The notes beneath the pieces were generated by a model. That model was not told the DNA's origin. It did not search any database and saw only the letters and a program-made list of their open reading frames with translations. A stretch of 64,000 nucleotides of DNA from Candidatus Marinacidobacterales bacterium (GTDB lineage Bacteria > Acidobacteriota > Vicinamibacteria > Marinacidobacterales > DATDRI01): contig OZ245365.1 of the NCBI GenBank assembly GCA_965226495.1, positions 1,344,001 through 1,408,000 on the forward strand, given 5' to 3'. Below, one piece after another: positions 1-10,166 of this stretch. The number at the start of each line of letters is the position of its first letter. Position 1 is the first letter of the stretch. The position numbers and the translations under genes were made by a program.

Positions 1-209
1 TGGGCTTCGGGGCCCGCTCCTCTTCCAATCTCTAGGAGTAGTATAGCATCTGATTTATATATAATCAATAAATATTAGTTATTAAACGAAGATATTAACG
101 TTAAATATGATATTTATTGTATAATATTTAACTCACTGAAACTTCAGTGGATACGCTGTTTAGCCTCGAAATAGGCCTATGATAGACTCCTTGACCAAGT
201 GGGTGGCAC

Positions 210-758
210 TTGTTAGAAAGTAGACTTTCGGGGCTGCTGGTTCGTCTGAGGGTGCCGTTTGGCTGGCTAGTGGGTCTTGTGGCGGTATGGCTCGCCCGGC
301 CTACCCCGACCTCTCTGGTTACCGGGTTGACGTGTGCTGCGGTCGGGGAGTCGATTCGAATCTGGGCGTCGGGCCATCTGGTGAAGTGGAAGGGACTCAC
401 GCGGAGCGGCCCTTACCGACGGACCCGCAATCCTCTTTACCTAGGCAGCTTTTTGGTCGGGATCGGTTTCGCAGTAGCCACCGCGCGGTGGGAAGTTGGG
501 CTGTTGCTGGTTGCTCTATTGTTCGGTGTCTACCCCCACGTGATGACGGCCGAGGCGGCTAGGCTCACCGAGGCTCATCCGGACGCCTACCCCGACTACG
601 CCCGCGAAGTGCCTCTGCTGCTGCCCGTTCCTGGCCGCAGGGCGAGCTCGGTTCAAGGAGGTGCGTTCTCGTGGGAAAAAGTGAGGGAGAACCGGGAGCA
701 CGTAACGGTTCTGGGGTGTCTTGCCGTGGGCTTGTTGCTGTGGTGGAGAATGGTTTGA
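210..758 (+). CDS. Isoprenylcysteine carboxyl methyltransferase / PEMT-family membrane protein
   Basis: Hydrophobic helices; motif L-T-R-S-G-P-Y-x-x-T-R-N-P-L-Y-L-G-S and E-x-x-x-L...Y-x-x-x-V-P typical of the ICMT/PEMT family; TTG start. Confidence 0.75.
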   Translation: MLESRLSGLLVRLRVPFGWLVGLVAVWLARPTPTSLVTGLTCAAVGESIRIWASGHLVKWKGLTRSGPYRRTRNPLYLGSFLVGIGFAVATARWEVGLLLVALLFGVYPHVMTAEAARLTEAHPDAYPDYAREVPLLLPVPGRRASSVQGGAFSWEKVRENREHVTVLGCLAVGLLLWWRMV

Positions 759-781
759 GGTTGGGTCGGTCTGACGGTCTG

Positions 782-1066
782 TCAGGGAATCACTTTGCGC
801 CGCTTGGTCATTTCCTCGTCGTAATACCTCCGGTAGAGGATGTCCCACTCCTCACTGCCTTCGGGGATATCGCGCTGCTGGCTTTCGATCTTCCGCCTAG
901 CTTCGACGTCGATGATCTCGTCGTCCTTGAGCTCTTCGTTGATGACGCGCACGATATCCATGCGAATCTCACCGTCATCGCTGAAGAACTCCACCTCGGG
1001 GTTGGTGCGCAGATGGTCCATCAGAAGGTTGGTGATGTGGTTGACTTTTCCGTGCGAGAGCCGCAT
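782..1066 (-). CDS. DUF507 family protein
   Basis: MRLS...E-x-x-I-D-x-E-A-R-x-K-I...IPEGSEEWDILYRRYY; paired with a second DUF507 gene. Confidence 0.75.
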   Translation of the reverse strand: MRLSHGKVNHITNLLMDHLRTNPEVEFFSDDGEIRMDIVRVINEELKDDEIIDVEARRKIESQQRDIPEGSEEWDILYRRYYDEEMTKRRKVIP

Positions 1067-1077
1067 CGTCTTGATCC

Positions 1078-1356
1078 TTAAAGGATAATCTTCCTCTCTC
1101 GAGCCAGCTTCTTCTTGATCATCTTGAACATCTCGCGATACTCGACGTTCGTGCGCCGCATCTCCTCGGCGTGGTCGGTTAGGATGTCTCGGACCTCATC
1201 ATTCAGTTGGTCTTCGACCATGAGCTCTTGAGTGATGAGGTCGACGAATCCCGAGATCAGCTTGGCCGGATCGTCGGATTCGATGTGCCCCTGCTCGATG
1301 AGATCCTTGGCGATCCGGTGGGCGATGAACTCAACTTGGTTACGGGTCAGCCTCAT
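1078..1356 (-). CDS. DUF507 family protein
   Basis: MRL...EDQLNDEVRDIL...YREMFKMIKKKLARERKIIL signature. Confidence 0.8.
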   Translation of the reverse strand: MRLTRNQVEFIAHRIAKDLIEQGHIESDDPAKLISGFVDLITQELMVEDQLNDEVRDILTDHAEEMRRTNVEYREMFKMIKKKLARERKIIL

Positions 1357-1514
1357 ATCGTCTCAAACTTAATGTAAACATTGCAAAATATCACATGGCC
1401 CGCAGAGACTTCAAGAGAAACCTGAGGTCTTGCAGCCTTTGTCTTGTGGAACTTAGCTTGTTGATAGGAGCCGATTTGGCGCTTTTGGGGGTCTACGAGG
1501 AAGGTGGCCTCAGA

Positions 1515-1543
1515 TTGACAAGCCGCAGGGTGACCGCTATACT
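1515..1543 (+). promoter_or_regulatory. sigma70 promoter of tRNA-Asp
   Basis: TTGACA (1515-1520), 17-bp spacer, TATACT (1538-1543), ~60 bp upstream of the tRNA. Confidence 0.8.
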
Positions 1544-1604
1544 CCGTTTCGCTTCAAACCGGGGGTTCCCAAAAACCCGTCAGGATGTCTGCCAACGACC
1601 ATGC

Positions 1605-2840
<1,236 letters not shown>

Positions 2841-2844
<4 letters not shown>

Positions 2845-3010
2845 GATAGGCCCCGTCGCGCCCGGATGTATTGCTGCATCCCGAGATAGGAGAATCGGAG
2901 AGCACTTCCTACTTTGACAGTGAAGGGAAGCTTCTTCGCATTCTTATAGAGGTAATACTTGGAGACAGAGAGCAGCTTCGTTCCCAAGTGCAGGAGTGGT
3001 CAACGGTTTG
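2841..3010 (-). pseudogene. Excisionase-like HTH ORF, 5' part disrupted
   Basis: Not in the ORF track; reads ...KLLSVSKYYLYKNAKKLPFTVKVGSALRFSYLGMQQYIRARRGLS*; stop overlaps the integrase GTG (GTGA); in-frame stop at ~3000. Confidence 0.55.
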
Positions 3011-3198
3011 CCTCTTCGGCTTGGCGTACGCTCTTCCTTGGCAGCACCGTGAGCGGTCGCTTCTCGTCGTGTCGCTGCCGTAGCCTCGCGGACGATCGGG
3101 CAGGGGGTCACACGCTGCCGCTGCCCGGCGTGTTGCGACCGGCCAGGGCCGAGGCACGCGAATCCCCGGGCCGCAGGCCGTCGTCTCGGAGCCTTTCT

Positions 3199-4071
3199 TT
3201 ACTGAGTGGAAAGGAGCTTGGACTGCACGAACTGATAGCCGTCCTGCGGTCGAGCCATCGCGTCGTCCCACGGCTTCATGTGCTCGGCGACCTCTTCCTC
3301 GGAGTAGACGCGAGAGAGAATGGCGCTGATGTCGGTCTCGGTCCCCTCGAGCAGCGGATCGCCCATGAAGACGTAGGTGAGCGTGCCATCTTCGTCCGGG
3401 TCGGACGGATACAGAGCGCGGAACGAGCCCCCGCGAGCGAACTCCTCATCCTCAGCGCTGATTCTCGCGAGGGTGTCGATCAGGAAGTCCACGAACGTCT
3501 CGAACTCCTGCTGTTTGTCTGCCCGAACATACGTGAAGAACATGACCACCGTCTCACCCTCCACGGCCTTGCTGCCCGGACCCTGGTTCATGTTCTTGGC
3601 TTGCACGAAACCGTAGGAGTCCTGTGGCCGCGCCATCGCGTCGTCCCACGGCTTTCGAAGCTCGGGGATCTCATCCTCGGAATAGACTCGGGCGAGAATC
3701 GTACTGATACTGGTCTCGGCGCCCTCGCGAAGCGGATCGCCCATGAACACGTAGGTGAGTGTGCCGTCCTCGTTCGCTTCGCTCGGAAAGAGCGCTCGGA
3801 AGGCCGACTGGTTGTGCGCGAACTCGGCATCTTCGGCGACGATGGTGCGTAGCGTGTCGTCGAAGAAGCTCAGGAACCCTTCGAATTCCTGACGCTTCTC
3901 TCCCTGGACGTGAGTAAAGAACATCACCACCGTTTCGCCGTCCTGGGCCCGCATTGCGTCCGAGCTCGCCGCGGCGCTCGACTCCTCCGATGGCTCCACA
4001 CTCGTCGGTTCCTCGGCGGGCTGGCAGCTCGAGAGTATTGCGATGAGGAAAAGGAACGAGAATCGTCTCAT
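3199..4071 (-). CDS. Lipoprotein with two tandem ~118-aa repeats, function unknown
   Basis: RBS GGAGGGA; lipobox ILSSC; repeated GETVVMFFT...EDGTLTYVFMGDPL...KPWDDAMARPQD. Confidence 0.8.
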   Translation of the reverse strand: MRRFSFLFLIAILSSCQPAEEPTSVEPSEESSAAASSDAMRAQDGETVVMFFTHVQGEKRQEFEGFLSFFDDTLRTIVAEDAEFAHNQSAFRALFPSEANEDGTLTYVFMGDPLREGAETSISTILARVYSEDEIPELRKPWDDAMARPQDSYGFVQAKNMNQGPGSKAVEGETVVMFFTYVRADKQQEFETFVDFLIDTLARISAEDEEFARGGSFRALYPSDPDEDGTLTYVFMGDPLLEGTETDISAILSRVYSEEEVAEHMKPWDDAMARPQDGYQFVQSKLLSTQ

Positions 4072-4288
4072 GGTATTCCCTCCGTGCGAAAACCCATTGG
4101 GTTTGAATCCGCAGCTCCCTCCGACCCAGGGGCTGTGACGGGCTGCTAACACGGTCGCCCAGGGTCGCATGGGGCGGTATTGACGCCTGTGGCAGATGCA
4201 GTGCCCGTTCGGGGCCGCATGGCAAACATACTACGCCGGGGCTCCGGCCAACGTCAAGCAGACAATCACTTGAAGACACAGCTAGCGT

Positions 4289-4430
4289 AGTGAGGAGTCC
4301 CCCCGGCTTTGCCGGGGAGGCACCCAGAGTTTGACATTTCCGGGAGTCGCCCAGAAGAACTCCCTTCCGTGAGCCGCCAAAGCATCACGAAAGGGAGTTC
4401 AAATGAGCGACTACCGGAGTCTAAGCCATG
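4289..4430 (+). mobile_element. IS200/IS605-family left-end remnant with truncated tnpA start
   Basis: Subterminal hairpin CCCCGGC-TTT-GCCGGGG, second hairpin 4357-4400 covering the RBS, ORF start MSDYRSLSH then loss of similarity. Confidence 0.6.
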
Positions 4431-4464
4431 CTTTGCAGGTATCTACTTCGCTGCCCGCTCAGAA

Positions 4465-5004
4465 GGATAGGAGAATTCATAACCTGACTGACTGCGCTCG
4501 GCTGCCATTTTCCCGTTTTGGTAGTGATGGTGGCACCTCATTGCGCGTTGGTGAAAGTAGCAGAAAGTGCACGGGGAAGGCAAAAGGAGTTTGGGCAGTT
4601 TTGGGCGGGGGAGTTTGGGCATAAAGCCACAGGTATGCCTTCCGGTGCCAGAGGGAGGGCACAGGGGAGGAGTCGCGGAGAAACCGAGGCTAATGCTGAG
4701 GAGGAGCGCGGGAGTCGGCCTTTCGCTTCTCCAAATGACCCAAGATTTTCCGAATCACCTTCTGCTTGGTGATGAAGGCGACGACGCGGTGGGTGTCCCC
4801 ACAGTCGCACTGGAGAGGATCGGTCTGATGAACGCGCTTGATGAGCTGGGCCCATCTTTTTCTGAGCGCGGCACGCTTTTTGGAGGACAGCTTCGGCTCA
4901 GAGTTGGCTTCAGGAAGGGAGAAACGCGATTTCTTGAAGGTTGCTGCTGGAGGCTGTTCGCTGGGGCTCCCTCGGTCCTCATCAGAGAGAATCGCGGCTT
5001 GCAC
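4465..5004 (-). pseudogene. IS91-like transposase C-terminal fragment and downstream end
   Basis: KRAALRKRWAQLIKRVHQTDPLQCDCG...VVAFIT...IRKILGHL...RAPP matches the C-terminus of 26080..27414; possible element end ...GAATTCTCCTATCC near 4465. Confidence 0.75.
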
Positions 5005-5154
5005 CTACCCGGAAAAGTGACTTTTTGACTGTCCCCGTACTGACCCCGAACTGGTGACACTCAGGGACAAAAACGGCACTTCCCTCTCGGGGCCGACCGT
5101 CCTAAGTACCTGATTTTACGCCATGTTTGATCAGGAGTGACATTATTAATAGGC

Positions 5155-5180
5155 GACGCGGGGGGACTTAAAATCCTCCG
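5155..5180 (+). other. Possible tRNA-Leu(TAA) anticodon-arm remnant (att scar)
   Basis: GACGCG-GGGGGA-CTTAAAA-TCCTCC stem-loop, preceded by tandem TGWCCCCGWAC repeats (~5030-5051) and an IHF-like site (~5103-5115, minus strand). Confidence 0.4.
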
Positions 5181-5384
5181 CGCTTCTTTTGGGCAAGTAT
5201 CTGATGAAGCCACTGTCCCCAGAAAATCCCTCGCGCCGACTCCGATGGGTTTGGTCACCAATTGGTCACCAACGTGGCTGAAGGTGCTGAACCGGGAAGA
5301 CATAAACACTACGCGTAGTCCTTGCTTTTTCTCCGTTTTTGGCGCTCTTGGTTCTGCTCGGTCTTCTCAGCTTTCCCCTGAGAG

Positions 5385-5431
5385 GATTCGTAATCAGCAG
5401 GTCGGAGGTTCAAGTCCTCTCGCCGGCTCCA
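5385..5431 (+). pseudogene. 3' half of tRNA-Thr(CGT), att-site scar
   Basis: GATTCGTAATCAGCAGGTCGGAGGTTCAAGTCCTCTCGCCGGCTCCA has anticodon loop, T-arm, acceptor 3' strand and CCA but no 5' half; tandem TTGGTCACCAA x2 at 5251-5272. Confidence 0.85.
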
Positions 5432-5552
5432 TGTACATCCAACGACTGCTCGCACAAAAAATGCACGAGCCCCACTAATCTTCTGCCGCAAAACAAGTTA
5501 GCAATGTCGCTTTGGTGCGTTAGGCCGGTGGTCCGAGAGGCGGGTCCGTGCT

Positions 5553-8246
5553 CTAGTTCGTTGGCACGAGCCGCTTCAGCTCTTCGAACCAATTGAGGAC
5601 CACGTTGATTTGATTCCGCCCTTGTTGCTGCTCGACCTGAATCATCACGAATCGCTGACCGTCAGGGGTCACGCTGTAGTTCGCATCCCAGGGATTGGAA
5701 AGGTAAGTTCCCTCGAACAGTAGTAGAGGGCGGGACGGACTGAACGTGGGGTCCGCTTCGTAACCGACAGCCATCATTTTGTCTCCGTTCCGGTAGAAGA
5801 GCTCGTGCCCTTTGGGTGACCACACCGGCTCGGTACCCCCCTCCGTGGATAGTTGCCATTTGCCATCGAGGTCGGGAAACGGTTGCACGTACACCTCGAT
5901 CCGGCCAGATTCATCCGATGTATAGGCCAACCAACGGCCGTCGGGCGAGAGTGCCGGATGCCTTTCCTCGAAGGGCGTGTCAATGACAAACTCAGCCTGG
6001 CCTTCTCCCGTAAGCGGAAGCACCCCAATATCTCCGCCAGCGCTCGCGACTAGTCGGGCAAAGATTAAATATCGTCCATCAGGGGAGATACTTGAGGGCC
6101 ACACCGCGTTGTTGTCGCCCTTTGCCTTCAGGACCTCTATCTTTGTGCCGCTACCATCGGCAGCCTTTAGAAAGATGTCAGAAACCGAGACCTCCTTACC
6201 CCTACCCGATGCGAAGGCCACTTGGTCTCCGCCCGGCGTCCAGGCGGCATAAGCGCCGCGGTCGAACGTTAACCGTGTCATCGTGCCGCGTCGTATTTCG
6301 TAAACCCAAAGGTCTCTGAGACCTTGCTCGCCACGAACGCCGACGGCTAGACGTTCGCCGTCCGGTGAAAGGCGAGGATTCGAATAGGTCAGCAGGGTTT
6401 CGGTCAGCGGACTCGTCCCACCGTTCCGGTCGACCCAAACTAGCGATGCGTTGCCCGTCATGCCTACGCCGCCCGGTATGTATATGAGTGAACCTCTGGG
6501 GGTAATCGCGAAATTGGAAGCACCGCGGACTGGGACCCGCATTACGCCCTCGAGGATCGGAACCGGGCCACCGGACACCTGGAGCCGTGATTCATCGAAC
6601 GGCACTGCCAGGATGGTTGTCCCTCTTGCGTAGACAATATGTCCGGTGGACGAGTAGCGAGCATCCGTACCGCCCTCGATCAAGACGCGCCTCTCACCGC
6701 TTTCGAGGGATTGGACAACAATGCTGGAGTCATCCCACGAGGAGCCACCGGAGTTGAGTGTAAATAGCACGTGCTCGCCTCCGGGAAGCAACTCTGGCCG
6801 GTGGAACGCATCGGATTCTCCCACCGGCGCTACCAGTTGCTCCGGTGCGCCGCCGGAACCGGATACACTGTAAATGCCGCCGAACCCTGCGCCCAGGAGA
6901 ATACGATTGTCCGGTCCCCAAGTGGCGCCAAAGAAGAGTTGGGGGAAGTCGCAAAGGGTCACAGGCGCCCCGCCACTTACTGACACCTTCCTTAGTTTCC
7001 CGTCCGCCCAAAAGCCTAACCACTGTCCGTCCGGGGAGAAGAAAGGATTCCTTCCGGAGAGCAGTCCTACCCCTTCGGTGCCGGCGATCGGCGTCGTCCC
7101 GAGCCGGTCCAGCGCACGCAGGTGCAGTTGATTGTTGGCGACGTAGGCTACGTGCTTTCCATCCGGGGACGCAGCTACGAGGTGAGCTCCCATTGCGCCA
7201 CTCAGTACCTGGTCACGCAGCGGTATCTCGAATCGCATTAGGGATGGAGTTGGCACCGAGTTAGGATCCTTCATCACGAGCGCCGAGATCAGCGCGCCCG
7301 CCAACACGCCGACCGCCGTCAATAACAATGCCTTGCGCGGCGAGATCCCCGTGGCACGAGCACGATGCGGTGACTCGCTCGCCGGTGATGCGCCTTCGAC
7401 GATCCACTCCAACTCTCTGGTCACATCGCCCGCCGATTGCCAGCGGTCGTCAGGGTCTTTCGAAAGGCAGCGTTGGATCACGTGATCCAACGCCGGAGGT
7501 GTCGTCGTCTGAACAGTACTAATGGGCGGGGGCTCGTCCTTGAGAATTGCTCCAATAAGACTCGCCTGGCTTTTACCCTCGAATGCTCGGCGTCCCGTCA
7601 CCATCTCGTAGACCACGGCGCCAAAGGCGAAGATGTCGGTCCGCGTGTCGGCCTCTTTGCCTTCGAGCTGCTCGGGAGCCATGTACTGGAACGTTCCCAA
7701 AATGGCACCTGGTTGAGTTAGAGATTTTTGCTCGGTGGGTGCCGCCGATAGATCGGGTCCAGAACCGGCTACCGACATCTTGGCGAGGCCAAAATCCAGG
7801 AGCTTCGAACCGGACTTCGTCAACATAATGTTCCCGGGCTTTAGATCCCGGTGCACCACGCCTTGACGGTGGGCTTTGTTGAGGGCATCGGCGATCTCGA
7901 TCCCATGTTGGAGCGCGTCGTCGAAGGGGAGTGCTCCTTTCTTCAATCTGTCGGCGAGGGTTTGGCCTTGGATGTGCTCCATGACCATGAAGTCGATGCC
8001 GTTTTCGCTGCCAATATCGTAAAGCGTGCATATGTTCGGATGATTCAAACTGGAGACGGCACGGGCTTCGCGCTCGAATCTCTGCCGGACTTCGGGATGG
8101 CTGGCTACGTGAGCGGGAAGGACCTTGATGGCGACGGTGCGATCGAGGCGAGTGTCCTTGGCTTTGTAGACTTCACCCATTCCACCCGCGCCGATGGGCG
8201 CAACAATCTCGTATGGCCCAAGCTTGGTTCCAGGTTCTAAGGGCAT
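5553..8246 (-). CDS. Ser/Thr protein kinase with TM segment and TolB/PD40 beta-propeller repeats
   Basis: GAGGMGEVY, VAIK, HRDLKPGN, DFG, YMAPE; SPDG repeats; C-terminal VVLNW. Confidence 0.93.
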   Translation of the reverse strand: MPLEPGTKLGPYEIVAPIGAGGMGEVYKAKDTRLDRTVAIKVLPAHVASHPEVRQRFEREARAVSSLNHPNICTLYDIGSENGIDFMVMEHIQGQTLADRLKKGALPFDDALQHGIEIADALNKAHRQGVVHRDLKPGNIMLTKSGSKLLDFGLAKMSVAGSGPDLSAAPTEQKSLTQPGAILGTFQYMAPEQLEGKEADTRTDIFAFGAVVYEMVTGRRAFEGKSQASLIGAILKDEPPPISTVQTTTPPALDHVIQRCLSKDPDDRWQSAGDVTRELEWIVEGASPASESPHRARATGISPRKALLLTAVGVLAGALISALVMKDPNSVPTPSLMRFEIPLRDQVLSGAMGAHLVAASPDGKHVAYVANNQLHLRALDRLGTTPIAGTEGVGLLSGRNPFFSPDGQWLGFWADGKLRKVSVSGGAPVTLCDFPQLFFGATWGPDNRILLGAGFGGIYSVSGSGGAPEQLVAPVGESDAFHRPELLPGGEHVLFTLNSGGSSWDDSSIVVQSLESGERRVLIEGGTDARYSSTGHIVYARGTTILAVPFDESRLQVSGGPVPILEGVMRVPVRGASNFAITPRGSLIYIPGGVGMTGNASLVWVDRNGGTSPLTETLLTYSNPRLSPDGERLAVGVRGEQGLRDLWVYEIRRGTMTRLTFDRGAYAAWTPGGDQVAFASGRGKEVSVSDIFLKAADGSGTKIEVLKAKGDNNAVWPSSISPDGRYLIFARLVASAGGDIGVLPLTGEGQAEFVIDTPFEERHPALSPDGRWLAYTSDESGRIEVYVQPFPDLDGKWQLSTEGGTEPVWSPKGHELFYRNGDKMMAVGYEADPTFSPSRPLLLFEGTYLSNPWDANYSVTPDGQRFVMIQVEQQQGRNQINVVLNWFEELKRLVPTN

Positions 8247-8460
8247 CGTTTGGCTTTCGGGAGTCAGCACATGCCGAGAAGTGAGATTCTAGTCCGGCAA
8301 AGACAAAGTGTCCAAGGGAAAAGCCTGGGGTCCTCGCCCTGTGCAGTAATTGTGCAGTGAAGCTGTCCGAACAGGTACCAAAGGAGCCTAAACCCGAGAG
8401 TCTAACTGGCTGATTTCTTGGGCTCCTTCTTCCTCCCTTTGTTCTGGTTGGACGCCTTCC

Positions 8461-8510
8461 CCGGCCTGTCACGCCGGAGGTCGCGAGTTCGAATCTCGTC
8501 GGCCCCGCCA
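8461..8510 (+). repeat. attR: exact copy of the 3' 50 nt of tRNA-Asp
   Basis: Identical to 1632-1681. Confidence 0.95.
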
Positions 8511-8714
8511 CCCCGTCCTGTGCCAAAACTCGGCCCTTTTGAAATAGCCCATAAATCAGCAACTTAGTGTCTGTGTTTGCGGCCGTGCCAAGGGCCGAGC
8601 GCGAACAAACGACGAGATCATGCAGACATGGTCCCGGGAGACTGGAGACCGATCAAGTTCGGGGCGCGCGGATGAATAAATAGAAGGTACAGCCACGAGC
8701 AGCACATGACGGGT

Positions 8715-9830
8715 TCAATTCGAGCACACAAGCGGCGCCTCATACTCTAGCGCGAGCAGCCGGAAGTAGTTCTCGCCGAGGGCGATGTTCCGGAAGGCAG
8801 CGTCGCTCAGATGGCGATTGATGCGACTCGTGACCTCCAGCTCCCTTCGGTAGACGTCGAGAGCCTTGTCCCGCGACGCCAGGAAGTCCGTTCCAGGTAG
8901 AATCCGGTCGGAGTAGGCGTTCAGGAAAGGCACATACACCGCCCGATCTTCCGGGGTCGCGAAGTAGGCGTCGTCAATCACCCGCCAGGACAGGTCCAGC
9001 ATCAGGTTCGAATAGCGTTCCAGCATCGACATCATCAGCTCAACGTGCCAAGCGGCGTCCATGGCGGTGAGTTCACGCGACAGTCCCATGTGGACCCAGA
9101 CGATCGCGTTCTCGGGATACAGGCGCAGCACCTCCTCCATCAGCGGCAGGTATCGGGTCGGGGCGTCGTCGTTTCCTAGGTCTGCATGGATGGCGAGCGG
9201 CATGCCGCGCGCCCGCAACGCCTCCATGAAGGGAGCCCAGTCGCTGATGGTGGCTGGCGGGACCGGCTCGTGCCCGCTGTCGAACAGCGCCTGCTTCACG
9301 AGGTTGACTTCACCCATCCACGTGAAGGCGCCGGGGTATTCTTGCTCCAGGAGTTGCATCCCGGAGAGGACCGACGCAGGCTGCGACAGGTCCGGGAACG
9401 TCATCGAGAGCGTCAGGTGAGTGTCAGCCGGTGCCTTCGTCATGTAGTTGGCGGCGTTGACGAAGTCGTTCTTCAGCGTCGGCGTCACCGGCGTGCCGGG
9501 GCAGTCCAGGTAGTAGGTGCAGGAGGAGGTTACTGGGAGCATCTGGCCGATGCCATAGACGTTGGCGAACAAGACACCGGTCTCCTCGAAGTACTGCAGG
9601 ACTTCCTCGAACGGGATGGCGGGGCCGCCGAACGGACGGAAGTGCACGTGGGTGTCGACCACTGAGGTCTGAGGCTGCACGGAGCGGTCGTAGCACGGAG
9701 CGTCGTCGCTTCGGAACATCTCCAGCGTCAGCCCCGGGGATGCGTCGATGGTCGTCGCGCTCTGCCAAGTGCAGCCGATGGCACCTGACAGGCTCAGTGT
9801 CATGAGCAACAGAAGAGGGCTTTGGTGCAT
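8715..9830 (-). CDS. Secreted amidohydrolase (TIM-barrel, Amidohydro_2-like)
   Basis: VVDTHVH metal motif, GE, HAD, VHMG, GTDF; signal/lipobox AIGC. Confidence 0.8.
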   Translation of the reverse strand: MHQSPLLLLMTLSLSGAIGCTWQSATTIDASPGLTLEMFRSDDAPCYDRSVQPQTSVVDTHVHFRPFGGPAIPFEEVLQYFEETGVLFANVYGIGQMLPVTSSCTYYLDCPGTPVTPTLKNDFVNAANYMTKAPADTHLTLSMTFPDLSQPASVLSGMQLLEQEYPGAFTWMGEVNLVKQALFDSGHEPVPPATISDWAPFMEALRARGMPLAIHADLGNDDAPTRYLPLMEEVLRLYPENAIVWVHMGLSRELTAMDAAWHVELMMSMLERYSNLMLDLSWRVIDDAYFATPEDRAVYVPFLNAYSDRILPGTDFLASRDKALDVYRRELEVTSRINRHLSDAAFRNIALGENYFRLLALEYEAPLVCSN

Positions 9831-10166
9831 GGACCCAAGAAGTATAATGTGATGGCTTTGAAAATAGTACGTCAAGTGTGCGCGATGACATCCTTTATTG
9901 GGCGCGATGGGGTGCTTCCGCCATTAAGTGTTGGTGAGATGACGCTAAGACTTTACGGTGCATTAAGTTACAGCCAAAATAGCGCTCGTGACCTTCGCTG
10001 CGCGCTAAATAGAGCGTAAGCGACTCTTTTGCAACGGGATACGTACACATCACCAACAGCAAACAGCGCAAGCACCAATACCAGCACATCGCAGCGGAGA
10101 TCGAAGAGCGCATCGCTAACTGCCCGGCTTATCGCTGAACTCGGAATCCAATGCCGGTGTACGCCG

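Noticed and set aside
40-135. oriC unwinding element
   Set aside because: No DnaA-box cluster or dnaA/dnaN genes nearby in the window.
2959-3852. Long + strand ORFs such as 2959..3852, 10029..10829, 11384..12178, 34726..35433 and 55496..56311
   Set aside because: Antisense shadows of well-supported minus-strand genes in GC-rich DNA; no motifs.
5385-5431. Functional tRNA-Thr
   Set aside because: No 5' acceptor strand or D-arm; kept only as an att scar.
9918-9925. CCGCCATT here and CCGCCATTC at 60061 as further att scars
   Set aside because: 8-9 bp matches are expected by chance, with no supporting flanking similarity.
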